A stretch of 64,000 bases of DNA from Dudresnaya verticillata (lineage: Eukaryota): NCBI GenBank assembly GCA_977862235.1, contig OZ374564.1:2170001-2234000 (forward strand), written 5' to 3'. Below are positions 24,724 to 37,014 of the stretch, piece after piece (positions within the stretch are counted from its first letter, which is position 1; the number at the start of each line of letters is the position of its first letter). The translations under genes and the position numbers were made by a program. The notes beneath the pieces are model-generated. The model was not told where the DNA came from and did not search any database. It saw only the letters and a list, made by a program, of their open reading frames with translations.

Positions 24724-25470
24724 TGTGGCAGAGACCTCAGGTCGAACTGATGTCTAGCTGCGCTGGTCGATCAGTCGCGTCCGGGCCCCTCGACGGTTCA
24801 TGGCAGCTGTGGTGATAGAGCGGGGGTGTCGGACGCGTGCGCCGTCGACGGTCACGGATCTACGGCGTCGAAGCCTAAGCGCGCACGGGGCGGACCGTAC
24901 GCGGGCGGCAGCAGCCGGACCACTGCGTCCCCGTCGTGTACGACGGCGGCACAAATCTGACGGTCGGGAAGGAAAGGGAAAGCATAGACGGTTGGAGGCA
25001 GGGGAAAGTCGTAGGGCTTAAGACTGGGAAAGAAACCCAAAGCAGAAAGGGACAACCCTGCGTTTGCTGGCTTGTCCTTGTTTACTCTTGCCCAGAGGAG
25101 CGACTACTAAATAGACTACAGTGCCCGCGACGGCTCCAACCTGGGAGGTGCGCCAGCGTGCCCCGATACGCGTCGACGCGTCCGGGTAACGGCAACCGGG
25201 GGCGCGCGTGATCGAAACGGTCCACACGTACTCAACTGTTGGACGCCGGAGTGTGCGCACGTGTGTCACCCACTCAATGGCTCTACGCCGGAGTTCATGT
25301 GCACGGCGCGCGGGACGGCAGGGCGCTCGACCGCCGTTTACACTAGACTGTACTGTACACTACAAAAAATAAAAGTACAAGTTACACGGGAGTGTCAGTG
25401 TCCCACACGTACACACGTACGTGCGGGCGCCACAGCGCACTTCCTTACAGTTCAGCGGGGCTTCGGCGAC
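24724..25470 (-). repeat. LTR, family C
   Basis: Reverse complement aligns along 19600-20340 and ends TGCCACA at 24724. The 5' end is approximate. Confidence 0.75.
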
Positions 25471-25631
25471 ACCGGCTGAGAGCGTGCACACAGCGGTGCA
25501 CACGTGATGCATCTGGTCTTACAGATGCGCGGGCGGGGCACAGCTGGTCTCACCGCTATGCGACCCCCCTCACTACATTATACCGGTTAACCGCCCGCAC
25601 AGTGAACCATCGTCAGTATCGTGCTTCCGTT

Positions 25632-26030
25632 TATAACTCTCGTTTCCCGCGTTCCAGAATGTCCTCTCGAAAACAGACTGACATAAAACGCTTCGAAAGT
25701 ACGTGCGTTCGAAATGGGAGCATCCCCTGAGTACGCTAGTGCAAACGAAATGGGAAACGGAGGAGTAGTTCGTGCGTTATGCCCGTTTGCGGGTTAACCG
25801 CCCAGTGGGTCTGAAATAATTAATTTGTGGGTAATTTTCGAGAAAATGTAATTCATAAATCGAGGCAACCCCGGATACTTCCTTGGGCGCCTCACTGCCC
25901 AGTACACGCTGCTGCAACATTGCAGAACAACTCGTCAGTCCATCTTCGCGCACCCCTCAGCATGCAAAGTACTGTAGCCGTGCTATGACTTCCCTTCCTC
26001 ACCGCATTCCCACCTAACTTCGCGCATTAG
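25632..26030 (+). repeat. Terminal/subterminal block X
   Basis: Direct homology to 41121-41530 (GGAGTAGTTCG, CAGTGGGTCTGAAA, TACTTCC.TGGGCGCCTCA, TGCAGAACAACTCGT). Confidence 0.8.
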
Positions 26031-26199
26031 TCAGAGCTCAACAGCACGCTACATCATTCTCGCCGCGCTCTCTGCTGTTCCCTTGGATTCGGGACCGGTT
26101 CTGCGCCGCTGCGCTCGCGCGCTGCCCTCGCCCGCGTCACCGTAACCTCGGTTCGTTGTCCTCCAATAACCAAGCACACCGCCAGAGTACCACAATTCC

Positions 26200-28300
26200 T
26201 GTATCACCAACGCTACAAGTTGTGCTCGACAGTGCAACGGCATTCATGTAGCGCTTTTGCCATGGACTACCCTACTCTCCGTCTATCTACTGCATGCGGT
26301 TCGGAATGCGACCTGGGACCGATTTTTGTCCGACCTTCAGCGGGGTAACAATTGACACCTCGTTCCGTGCTCCGGATACATCGTACTCCGTCTGTGTGTT
26401 TCCTTTTACATGTAGCGAGCAGTAGCTCGCCAAACACAACCGTTGCCATCGTGACGCTGTAAACCACAAACGCCGACTTCTAGCAGTGTACCTGAACTGC
26501 AGTGCACTCAACACGCTCTCACATAATTTTCCGCACCATGCTTCCTTACTCGCGCCCGTTCCTGTCTTCAAATGCCTCAGCCTCATACACATACACAACT
26601 ATGCCCATCCTCAATTTTCATCAACTACAACTCCTCACTTTCCTTTACTTTATACCTTAGTCAGCTTCAGACTCCGGGTCTTCCTCATCCACGTCTACCC
26701 CCACCACCCCAATATAACCGCTATCCCCTCCAGCACCACTTTCACCGCTTCCCCAACTGCGACTGCATCCACGATCTTGAATCGCGCCCGCCCCACCAAG
26801 TCCATACGAAGACATATAGCATCACTGATGTGACGCCTGGCTCGCGCCCGAGCTTCCGCTAGCTTAGCGCGCAAATGTCTCTGGATCTCCATCACCAGTG
26901 CTTCCGGTACTTCACTACAACTCTCCATCTAAGTCGTCTTAACCAACCCTCACACCAGCACTGCATGGCTCCATTCTATAGACAGAACCGGACACCAGTC
27001 TGAACTTCAGTTGGCCTCGTTTACTCCAACTCTACACATCCTCGCCATGATAGCGACACCCCTGCAGCGTCGGGAATCGGTAACATCCGTACCGTACTTA
27101 GTCTCTGTATGTCAACCCTTTTGCAGACGCGTCGAGTCCCAATCGATGGGAGTCCCCGGTCGAGGCATGTTCTGAATGTTCATCTTTGAGATTCTGCGCT
27201 TATCTTCACGTACATTGCGAACTGCTGCCTAATACTGTCGACGTTTCCGTGCTGACATCTGATCCATTCCATAATCAGAGGGTTTGGAGTCACATCACGC
27301 AGCTTTTGCATTCCTCTCTCCCTTGCTTCTCTCAGGAAGCTGCTCAAGACGAAATCTTTCCCGCGCCCTGCCGCATTATACCCCCATCTTTCCCTATTAT
27401 ATTTGTCATAAAATTCTTAAAGACGGATCTGTCGCAGAGCTGGATCCCCAGAGTTTCTAGTCCGTCTATTTCCTTCCCTGATCCGCAGAAGTACATCAAT
27501 ACACCCTCAATTCTCGACGCCCCGATCCGTTTCACAATCTCGTCTGGAGGCTCTCCTTCCTTGCAAAAGTCGGCTATATGCAGACGTTCCATTTTCTCGG
27601 CCAATTCCACGACATCAAATGCTTCATTCTGCAACTATTTCACACATCGACTTTGCAAAGCCATAAAGGTATCCCTGCTCGATTTGGATATCTTCCGTAC
27701 TGTCATCCAAGTTCCAGGTACGTTTCGAGTGTAACAGCTTGCAGTCCTCAACAACTGAGCGTGAGCAGCTTCCGAGTCTCGACGAATGGTTCTGCATGTT
27801 GCCGTGCCCAGCTGAACATCACTGTGTCTGGCTGCGCTGTGCGCCAGAAATTGGGATCGTAAGCTGCTGTGAGATATGTACCACAGGTTATCTGGTTTCC
27901 GCTTCTCTCAACAAGGTATCTGGGAAAGAGCCGTGGTTAATCACATGTATTCGGGATTCGGTTTGCCCGCGTATTAGTTTTCACACGTGTTTGTACACCT
28001 TGCTGTCCTATATGAATTTCGTTGACGGGAATCAGATTCCCCCGTCCACCTCCGTTTCGGTTGCACTCGGACTGTACGGTCGTCCCGAGGGCAGTTACAT
28101 GACGTAAATACATGTGTCTTTATTCCGTCGTTGAAATAAAGCACCCAGGATCTCCTTCCGATACATGGTGTGATGCTCGTCTCCAAGGCGTAGACTATTG
28201 CGGTAGTCTGTGCGGTCAACGCGGGAATCTCACTTGCCACCTTGCACGCCTCTTCCAGGTTTGATTAAGTTCTTGACTTCTCTCGATAATCCTTCATAGC
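26200..28300 (+). pseudogene. Heavily decayed 'cargo A' gene
   Basis: ATWDRFL vs VPWDAFL, WPRLLQLYTS vs FPNLVKLYLS, and PSLDEW vs PSDIEW occur in the same order as in 7400->5774. Matches are short. Confidence 0.35.
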
Positions 28301-28328
28301 CATCTAGGTAATCACCGTCACATTCAGA

Positions 28329-30936
28329 ATGGGTGCTGGGAAGCGGAAGTCGAGAGGTGCTGGACATAACCAGACCCCTCGATCGACACAGACCGCAAAG
28401 GCTCTATTCGTCGACTTAATGGATGGTTCCGTCAACACAAGAGTAGAACCCGCTTCCTGTATTCCATTGACGGCCATTCGTCCTATTGTGAGGTCTGGAG
28501 TGGAGCGATTAAAGGCGGGCTTTGATGTGTCGCGCAAGGACCTCCACGATCCTCGAGCTATTGAAATTGGATATTTTCCTGGCTCTGACGCTCCCATTGT
28601 AACTAAAATGTCTGGGTTGTTTCTATATTTTGGTAATTGATCACTTACAAAAAAGTTGAACAAAGACGGAACGTCATGCTCGCAAAAAGAATCCATGGAA
28701 ATGTCAAACAATCGGGCGAAATGTTATGGAGTAGTGGACTGGATTCACATGCTTATAGCTATCATTGCACTTCGGGAGGAGGATTACGAGACCTGGAAAA
28801 CTTTGTCATGGCCTCTTACTGTTCTTAGAGGAAGCCATAAACTGCAGCCACGTCGACAATTAGCTCGTCACCAGAATGACAAGTCCGATTCTTCATTCTA
28901 CATCGAGACTACTTCCTTCGAAACTCCTCGTGGCCTGAGAGAGGAGGAAGATCGTCTCACAGAGGTGAATGGCGGGAAAATTACGAATGCCGCCAGAATT
29001 GCTGACGCCTATGACGGATGCAACAATTTCAGTGACAATACTGTTAAACAGACTGCCCAGACTGTCCTTAGACTTTACCACGCAGAAATTGACACAATCG
29101 GAGACATCATTAATGAGGAAAGGGAGGGCTGATTTGGTGTCGATTCGAACTACAGCTGTGGATCACAAGGACATCAGTAAGAGTGCGAACTGTCGAGTGT
29201 ACCGCAAGTTCATCCATATAACATATCCCAAGTCCGCTACAGTGTTCATGAACGCGTCGAAAGCCCCGGATGGCGTACAAGCAGAAATGGCGACTTTATA
29301 CCGTTTGAGAGAATTGCACCGTTTACATAACTTCAAACCGCTGTCTTACCGGTAAACCGTGGAACATTTTCAGAAGGCCTCCGCCGATTTTCGCGAGGTG
29401 ATAAGTTTGAAGCTCTCCGGGAAAGTGACGAGTGGCCAGATTCAATGCAGGTGCTTCACTCGAACCTTCTCAACACACAGAAGATGGATGATGAGGTTGC
29501 GGAAAATATAGGAAATAAAAAGGACATTAAGGCATCTATACTGGAATTGTACAGGGATGTCTGTCCCCAGAAAGCTTCTGTTAAGGAGAGAAATCGCGCC
29601 GACTTGCTTAAGAGCATTGGAGGAAATAAGACAACACATGGTTCAAGACAGTGTCCAGATAATGCCTCTCTGGAAGAGCCGGACTTGCACTGTGATAGTG
29701 CCGAGCGCAATGATTGTGGAGATACCACTCCTTCACCAAAACCCGGGGCACATGTTGATAAACAGGATTGCAAGTCTGTCGCCGCTGGATGTCTTGACAG
29801 TACTACTAGTTCCGGAACAAACACTTCAGAACGGCAGGAAAAAGAGCAAGAATCACTAAATGAGGATGGGAACGGTGGTACAACATATGAAAACGAAAAG
29901 GGGACCTCCAATAGCCAGGCTGGAGACACCGGGGAGGCCACGAATGGCCATCTGGAAGGAAATGCGAAAAATACCCGATCGTCCGCGTCTACCATACAGT
30001 CTGAAAAGCTCAAAACATTAGTTACGGAAGGCGTCGATGTATTGAATTCAATGACGATCAGTTGCCACCACATGAGGTAGAAGGCGTATGACAAGTCTGT
30101 TCGAAAAGACGCGAGTCCACTATTCGACCTCGTACGCACGGACCCTCCGTACTGAATACCGCCTATTTGTTCGAATGCTGGTACATCTTACGACAATTAA
30201 ATCAGCGATGGGGAGATTAAGCAACTCATCGCATTCTGTCCAAAGGTCGTTAAACCCGGTCATTGGGTTTTCATCTTCTGCAGTTTCACTAACGTCGCGA
30301 AGTATCAACGAGCTCTGGTTGATGCTGGGTTAGACTGGCCATAATATTCCTTCACTGTTTGCAAAGATACGAGGGCATTTCAGGGACATCTAAATGACAA
30401 CCCACAGAATGCTACGGAAATAGCCGCATTTGGTCGCCGTCGGGGAACGTACGGGGAAACCTTCAAGCCTGAACTCTCCAGTCCACTTCACGTCTTGGGA
30501 AGAAAAGATCGAAAATGTTCGCAACATTCTCAAGTGTTCCAGTATCGAGACAAAAGCTGCTGAATCCAATGCCCAAATCCCCTGTTCTGATAGAGGAGAA
30601 GAACGTGTTGGCTCTGATGGAGGTCATGAAATTTTCGGTACCGATGCTGGACGCGTTTTAGATGCCTACGGAGGTACCCTGACCACTTGCATTGCAGGAT
30701 TGAGAACGGGGCGTCCGACAGTGGGCATGGAGCAGAACCCCGCAACATTCAAGCCGGCATATGTTCGCTTGAAGAAAGTCGCAGTCGATGTGTGTAATGA
30801 AAAGCAGCGCTCTTTCCTACTCACTGTCGCCAAACAGCAACACCGTGAAACGACTACTGATACTGATTCCTCTGAGAAGAGACGGAAGGGAGTACCGAAT
30901 CAGGAAAATGTGATAACATCAACTGTAACAGACTAG
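28329..30936 (+). pseudogene. ParB/Srx-like domain fused to a beta-class (N6_N4_Mtase-type) DNA amino-methyltransferase
   Basis: N-terminal IRPIVRSGVERLK...PIV...YGVVDWIHMLIAI (28725-28760; each deviation from DGxHRL is one base). C-terminal FDLVRTDPPY (DPPY at 30141-30152), KVVKPGHWVFIFC, EEKNVLALMEVM and GRVLDAYGGTLTTCIAGLRTGRPTVGMEQ (motif I at 30655-30687). Multiple stops and frameshifts. Confidence 0.85.
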
Positions 30937-31047
30937 CAACCCGCGAAACAGGAACCAAATAGTCCGGAAGGCTCTGAATCTGATCCTCTTCGGGGTGCTT
31001 AGAAGGTATTTCTGCTTCAAGACGGAGGTAAATTTGGAACAGTATCT

Positions 31048-32119
31048 GTGCAGTGTAATGCTGAGAATTCCAAAATGACTGAGACTCTCCAAGGAGTGTC
31101 ATTGTCGAAGTTTTCGAGGGAAGGAGAACATCTAGTTTCTCTTTACGAATTCAGCGCATTATCTGGATGTGAGTCCCGGAAGTATCCGTGTAGTTTCACT
31201 GGCCAAGAGGAAGTACCAGAGGCACCGAGTGGTAGGCTGGTGGGGTTCTTCGGATGGGACTTGCACAAGTTGGAATCGGTTTATTAGTACGACATTACGG
31301 TCTGAGCAACCTCCGAGATGCAGATTGGGTATAATCGCCGGGCACGAGCTTTTCAGAATCCTCCGTTCGCAGTATTTATTCCAGATCGAGTGCGGCTTTA
31401 CTTCCATGGCCTTGAGATTCCTGTAACGTGGACAACGACATGCAATATGAACTCCTCAGATGTACAACGCGACTGAATTCCGAGTCTTGACCCCTCGACC
31501 ATGTTGCGTGAAGTTCAGAAGCTTCGGACAGAGGTTCGTGAGATGCTGTCGTTCATTGATGAGGCACCAATGCGCCTGGATGCCATTTATAGCGATTTTT
31601 ACCGCATAAGAAAGGTGGTTGTATAGGTGCTGAGGTTTCCAAGGCAGGATCGAGACAGACTACGTTCAGTTGAAGAAAGGTTGGGAATTGAACACATAGA
31701 AGAGGTGGAAATCGAGTTGGATTCAGGTCCAGAATCAAAACGTTTAGCCCCTCCCGTGTGAGCGCCATTGCACTGCACACCGAAGTGCGCAGTGATAAGG
31801 GGCTGTAAGAGAAATCAGAATGACGCGTCAAACGCTCCCGGAGCTGAGAGGTAAGATTGACGAACTCCGTCTGCAGGCTCACCAACTTCGAACGAGAGCA
31901 AACTATCTCGATGAGCAACTCAGAGCAGTTGCACAAGCGATGAGGGAGATTGTGTATGGTGAAGGTAGGAGAGCTGCTAACGGGCTGAGCATCATTAGAG
32001 GGAGCATTAGGGCCCTATTAAGGACGATTAAGAGAATGTATGGCCCACTACAGAACGAACAGAACCCCGGTTTGGATGGGGGGATATACCGGAAATGTTT
32101 AGCCTTCGGCAATCGTTAG
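31048..32119 (+). other. Cluster of short degenerate ORFs including coiled-coil-like peptides ('cargo B')
   Basis: 31820-32119 is heptad-rich. Weak similarity in layout to 758-1800. Confidence 0.3.
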
Positions 32120-32566
32120 AGTGATCCTGTGTCTCGCGAGAAACTGCAGTTAGTACATGCTCTGAAATAGAAACTGCGTTCTGTTGCATCCTTCTATGTC
32201 GTTTCACGTTCGAGAATCACGACACGCACCCGTATCCGTGCTTGAAATGACATAAGTACGAACCCTCTCACTATTCCCATGGCCACCAAAAGCAGAGAAG
32301 GGAACAGACAGTGCAATCGACGGTAATGCCGCGGAGGACGACTCCTTGGGCTGTGCGCTGTGCGCAGGAAATTTGGACTTGCGAGTACGTTTCTGCTTCA
32401 CATGGGCGCCGGCTCGAAACCCGACGCGGGTTCAGCAACTATAGCCTCGGCGCGAACAGGAAGAACCGGCCGCAGTGTGCATGGCGCGCGGCATGGTGCG
32501 CGAGGTGCACGCACAAATCTGGCGACGAGCGCCGACCGGAGGCAGAAGGTGTAGACCGAGCCCCGG

Positions 32567-32872
32567 ATAGGTTTTCATAGCATGACCTTGCAGAAACCTA
32601 AAGACTAACATGAATATTGACGAATAGGTTTTCACGGCGCGCGAGATCGAATATCTGCTTAATAGGTATTTCTACACTGAATCTGGAAATGCCTATATAG
32701 GTATTTTCCAAATCACTTTCACAAAACCTAATAGAATAGGTTTTCCTGTCGGCGCGTCAGAAATAACTTTATAGGTATTTGTAAGCACGCAAAAAGAATA
32801 CCTATTAGAAAGGTTTTTGCGTCGCCGGGTCGAGAAAACCTAAAATCTAATATCAATATTGCCGTATAGGTC
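32567..32872. repeat. Array of ATAGGT(T/A)TT motifs in both orientations
   Basis: About ten TAGGT/ACCTA cores in about 300 AT-rich bases, as seen in subterminal transposase-binding arrays. Confidence 0.7.
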
Positions 32873-34203
32873 CTGGCGGCTCGCATTCCCAGAGACATAT
32901 CCAGCCCACATATGTGGCCGCCCCATGGGCACCTCGGATGCATACCGGAGAAACGTCCGGTGGCCGACTACTCCCGCATACCAGTCGCGTCGAATGTCCT
33001 CACCGTTTCCTCGCCGCCGCGCTTGCTGCGCATCCCGCGTTCTGACTTGTTCGCCTCGGAGACTGTGTCGCGCTGGCGGCGGAAGAGGTGTTCCTGTCGA
33101 CGCATTCGGTGCCATGGGTTGAAGCACGGGTCGTCGGAGTGACTTCATCGTGGAACATCGCACCGCGTGCTACCAACCGCGTCAAGCAACCTCCTCTCCG
33201 CGCCGCTCTCGTAGCTACCATTTTCTGTTGGTTGTGGCGACACAATCTCACCCTCCCTGTTAGAGGCATGCCGAACAATGCATCGCTCATTCTAGATGGC
33301 TTTGTCCAGTCGTGTGTTTATCCCGTCGTACACTACGGTAGTAACCACCGACTTGCAGGGCCTGCAGCAAACCGTATACGTCGTACTCGCTGTTGATGCC
33401 CTGGCGGAATACTATGAGAACTTCTGCTGTGCTTCTGATATTGCTTTGGGGAATAACCTATGGAGTGAGTGAAGATGTAGAAGAAAACCGAGAGTAACAG
33501 CGACGACGAGGATGTGGACAGAGGTGATGAAGTAGGTTTTCTTGTCTTGAAGGAAGAGGGACTTGGATGCATTTGTCGATGCCATCCAATACTTGAGCAC
33601 AGTTCGGACGCATTATGCGTCGCAGTATGGGGCGCACTGAAGCCATTGCGGTTGTGGGCGTCAATGCTTTGACGACACGCATTTTCTTCCATTTTGCGCG
33701 ACCGCTACGAAATGAGATCAATCGTCTCGACGCTACAAGCTGTACCTGGGCTCCTCGAAAATACTTTTCTCTGGCACTGCGCTCAGAGTATGAAGCACTA
33801 GAAGAACGCATGACTTCACTCGGGCGCACGCTACCGAGTCTTACCGAACCCCGACGGGCGCTGCTTCTTCCCGACCATCGCGTGTGTATCCCCGTTATTC
33901 TCGACCCGATTCTGATGGATGGACCACTGTTCTTGATTCCCATCCGCCCGCTCCTCCGTCGGCTTTGTGCCCAGATGTAACCGACACTGCGATGCCTGCG
34001 GCTGAGTAATGGAAGAAAAAACAACCCTCTTTCAAAAATGCCCTCGTCCGGACATCGTCTTTGCACTTCGTATCCCCACCGTCAAATATATTCCAAATTG
34101 TCTTCGTGCGGACTGGCACGCTTAATGCTTCCATCTTTTTAACCGATTCGCAGTCGCATCTACATGTACTGAAAAAGAAGAACGCTTCGCTCGTGTTTGT
34201 GCT

Positions 34204-36465
34204 GTGGCAAAGCTCGTGCTGCGGTTTAATGGACGCGGAGAACCCAGAAATGGCAATAAGGCTGCACTGATTCGCCGTTTGCGTGACCGCATTCAACTGG
34301 CAATTCGCGGGCAATGGAATGACCTTTGGGAGCAAGCCTCCAGTGCCTTTCCCTCGCTTCCCAATACTTCTTGCCAACCTACAGTTGATCCTTTCCGCCA
34401 ATGCCGTCGGTTTATGGTCGAGGGGGCCATCAGTAAGGCTGCACGCGCTTTGTGCTCTACTACTTCTACTGTTATTGCTAATCCCAATACCAAGACGGTC
34501 ATGGAATCTCTTCACCCGCGTCAAAAAATTCCAGTTAAACCCCGCTTGCCACAATCACTCCCAGCTGCATATACATTCAACGAGGCGGATGTAAGACGGG
34601 CTCTTAGAAGTCTTCCAGTACACAGCTCACCTGGCCCGGATGGTCTCCGTCCGCTTCATCTTAAGGCGTTAACGCATGCCCCGGGTGGTTCGGAGCCATC
34701 CCACTCTGCAATCGTGGCTCTGACCGCCTTTGTCAACAAATGTGCTACGGGCTCTTCACCTCCTCGCTACAGTGCCTGGTTTGGGGGTGCCTTGCTTCTG
34801 GGTCTTCCGAAGCACCCATCGTGTGTTTCTAAGCTTCGTCCTATTGCCATTGGTGGCATCCTTCGTCGTTTCGTTGCCCGCCTGTTGATGAAGAAGATTG
34901 CCCAGGACAATGCTATTCGTGAATACCTTCTTCCTCATCAATTTGCAGTGGGGATCCCTCATGGAGCCGAATCTATTATTCACGCCATACGTTCTTTCGT
35001 GGAGTCTAATACTGAGCAAGACTATGTCCTTCTTAAGCTTGATGCCACCAACGCTTTTAACTGTGTTGAGCGTTCTATTATTCTCAGTGAAGTTATCAAA
35101 AGAGCTCCTGGCATTGCAAAGTTTGTGCATTTCCTTTTCTCGACTGAACCCGTTCTTCTATTTGGTCAGTTTCAGTTGTTCAGTCGGACAGGTACACAGC
35201 AGGGTGATCCCTTGAGCATGCTACTTTTTGCTCTTGCGATTCATCCCCTGCTCATCAACATGCTCTCTACGTTCGCCTCCATCAAACTTCTTGCTGCATA
35301 TGCTGATGACATTCATGTTGCTGTTCCGCGTTCTATTGCTTTCGATGTTATCCAGTTTCTAAAGACCCAAGGCCCCAAAATTGGTTTCAATCTGCACATA
35401 GCAATGGGGAAAACAGAAGCTTGGTGGCCTTCTTTATCGTCCCGTCGTGTTTCTCGTTCCCACTCCCTAGGTTGTCCTATCAAAAATCATTCTTTTATCA
35501 CAGTTCTGGGCGCCCCTATTGGCAGTACTGAGGGCTGTTTACAACATCTAAGAACTAAGCATGAGCCCATCAAATATTTCTGGGCCCAACTGAAGCAGCT
35601 TAATGATCCTCAACTCGGTTTTCATTTATTACGGTACTGTGCTGGAACTTCCAAGCTTTCATACCTACTGCGATGCACTCCCCCGCAACTAACCCAAGCC
35701 ATTTCATTAACACATGACTGTGGCATGCGTGGAGTGTTTGAACACACACACTTTCCACTGTCGGATGAATCCTGGGATATGGTTTCGCTTCCCATGCGAC
35801 ACGGTGGACTAGGTCTTACAAATGCCCGTCACATTGCCCACTGCAGCTATATCACCTCCGTCTTGTCCTCTCTCGCCTGGATTCGATGCCTGGTACCTTT
35901 TGATTCTCCTGCTTTGCACCATTTCCTCGCCCCGTCTCTTCATAACATTAGCGAACAGCAACTACTCCATGAAGATCGTGAAAAATGCAGTGTTTCTTCT
36001 ATCTTGTCGGCCGCATCTTCCATAGGCCATGGTGTCGTTCCCGCATTGTCCCAAGATCTTCTTCCCTATATTCAACGAAAATTGCGACACGACCTCATGT
36101 CCCAGATGACTACTCAGCATAGCTCTCGTGCTCGAGTACGGATTCAATCTACCTATACTGTCAACTCTAGCCGCCCTTTCAGTGCCCTCCCATATGCATC
36201 TTCTTCTACCCGCGTGCAACCCGACATATGGCTCACCATGCTCAAACTCAGACTGGGTGTGGCGATCTTCCGTGGTGATCGCCCTTTTCCTGCTTGTCTC
36301 CATGGCACATCCGCTGAAGTTCCACTCCTTGATATCTTTGGACACCATGCCACAATCTGTCGATCGGGAACTGGCAGCATTCGCCGCCATGATACCCTCC
36401 GAAATCAACTTGGGGCTTTTTTTCGTAATACTGCTCGGAACCATGGCGTTACTGTTCAGCTTTAA
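34204..36465 (+). CDS. Reverse transcriptase of the CRE-like element (open fragment of a disrupted ORF)
   Basis: SSPGPDG, LRPIAIG, QFAVGIPHGAE, LDATNAFN, GTQQGDPLS, AYADD, GGLGL and DIFGHHATIC...RRHD. Confidence 0.9.
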   Translation: MAKLVLRFNGRGEPRNGNKAALIRRLRDRIQLAIRGQWNDLWEQASSAFPSLPNTSCQPTVDPFRQCRRFMVEGAISKAARALCSTTSTVIANPNTKTVMESLHPRQKIPVKPRLPQSLPAAYTFNEADVRRALRSLPVHSSPGPDGLRPLHLKALTHAPGGSEPSHSAIVALTAFVNKCATGSSPPRYSAWFGGALLLGLPKHPSCVSKLRPIAIGGILRRFVARLLMKKIAQDNAIREYLLPHQFAVGIPHGAESIIHAIRSFVESNTEQDYVLLKLDATNAFNCVERSIILSEVIKRAPGIAKFVHFLFSTEPVLLFGQFQLFSRTGTQQGDPLSMLLFALAIHPLLINMLSTFASIKLLAAYADDIHVAVPRSIAFDVIQFLKTQGPKIGFNLHIAMGKTEAWWPSLSSRRVSRSHSLGCPIKNHSFITVLGAPIGSTEGCLQHLRTKHEPIKYFWAQLKQLNDPQLGFHLLRYCAGTSKLSYLLRCTPPQLTQAISLTHDCGMRGVFEHTHFPLSDESWDMVSLPMRHGGLGLTNARHIAHCSYITSVLSSLAWIRCLVPFDSPALHHFLAPSLHNISEQQLLHEDREKCSVSSILSAASSIGHGVVPALSQDLLPYIQRKLRHDLMSQMTTQHSSRARVRIQSTYTVNSSRPFSALPYASSSTRVQPDIWLTMLKLRLGVAIFRGDRPFPACLHGTSAEVPLLDIFGHHATICRSGTGSIRRHDTLRNQLGAFFRNTARNHGVTVQL

Positions 36466-36507
36466 CGCAACTTTTCCTACCTAGAGGAGACTGGGGATTC
36501 CCGAGTT

Positions 36508-37014
36508 ATGGCGTCTTCTGCACGCACTGCTTCAGAAAGGCGTCGCGATTCCCGTCAATTACAACGTACTGAAGACCGTTTCGAAGAAGACCGACGTGAC
36601 CATCTTCGTATGGATCTCTATGTTGATGACCCTGCGTTTGCTCCCCTCCCGCAAGCATTTGACGTCTCCGTGGTGACACCACACCATCCAACTACACTGT
36701 CCAAAACGCCTCGCTCTCAACATCAAGCTATTCACCGCCGCGAGCAAGCTAAAGCCCGTCATTATCGTCGCTTATGTTCCACTAACCGGATAGAACTCCA
36801 TCCTATGGTGATGGACATCTATGGTGCCATTGGTTCTGGGTTCGATCGAGGCGCTCAACGCGTGGAGAATTTCCTAGCTGCTATGAAGGGCACTTCGCCG
36901 ATATCTGAGAAACTATCTCTTCTCACGCACCTCACCTCTCTTGTACTTCAATCTGTCGCGGTGGCTGTTAACCGCCGTTTACTCTTCGACCGTCGCCTTT
37001 CAGATGCGTTTTAG
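36508..37014 (+). CDS. Restriction-like endonuclease C-terminus, frameshifted from RT
   Basis: RMDL..., FDVSVV, RREQAKARHY and HPMVMDIYGA. Confidence 0.8.
   Translation: MASSARTASERRRDSRQLQRTEDRFEEDRRDHLRMDLYVDDPAFAPLPQAFDVSVVTPHHPTTLSKTPRSQHQAIHRREQAKARHYRRLCSTNRIELHPMVMDIYGAIGSGFDRGAQRVENFLAAMKGTSPISEKLSLLTHLTSLVLQSVAVAVNRRLLFDRRLSDAF

Noticed and set aside
9739..25730. Many 60-230 aa Arg/Ala/Pro-rich ORFs in the track
   Set aside because: Most lie within GC-rich LTRs or antisense to real ORFs and are spurious.
27344..27634. Independent minus-strand gene
   Set aside because: Protein-like but with no recognisable motif, and it overlaps plus-strand cargo A similarity. Left unassigned.
31169..31426. 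SET domain suggested by WNRFIS...PPRC
   Set aside because: No NHSC or ELxxDY motifs.
32915..33000. HDV-like ribozyme at the CRE 5' end
   Set aside because: A GGCCGCC/GGTGGCC stem exists, but the nested pseudoknot could not be built.
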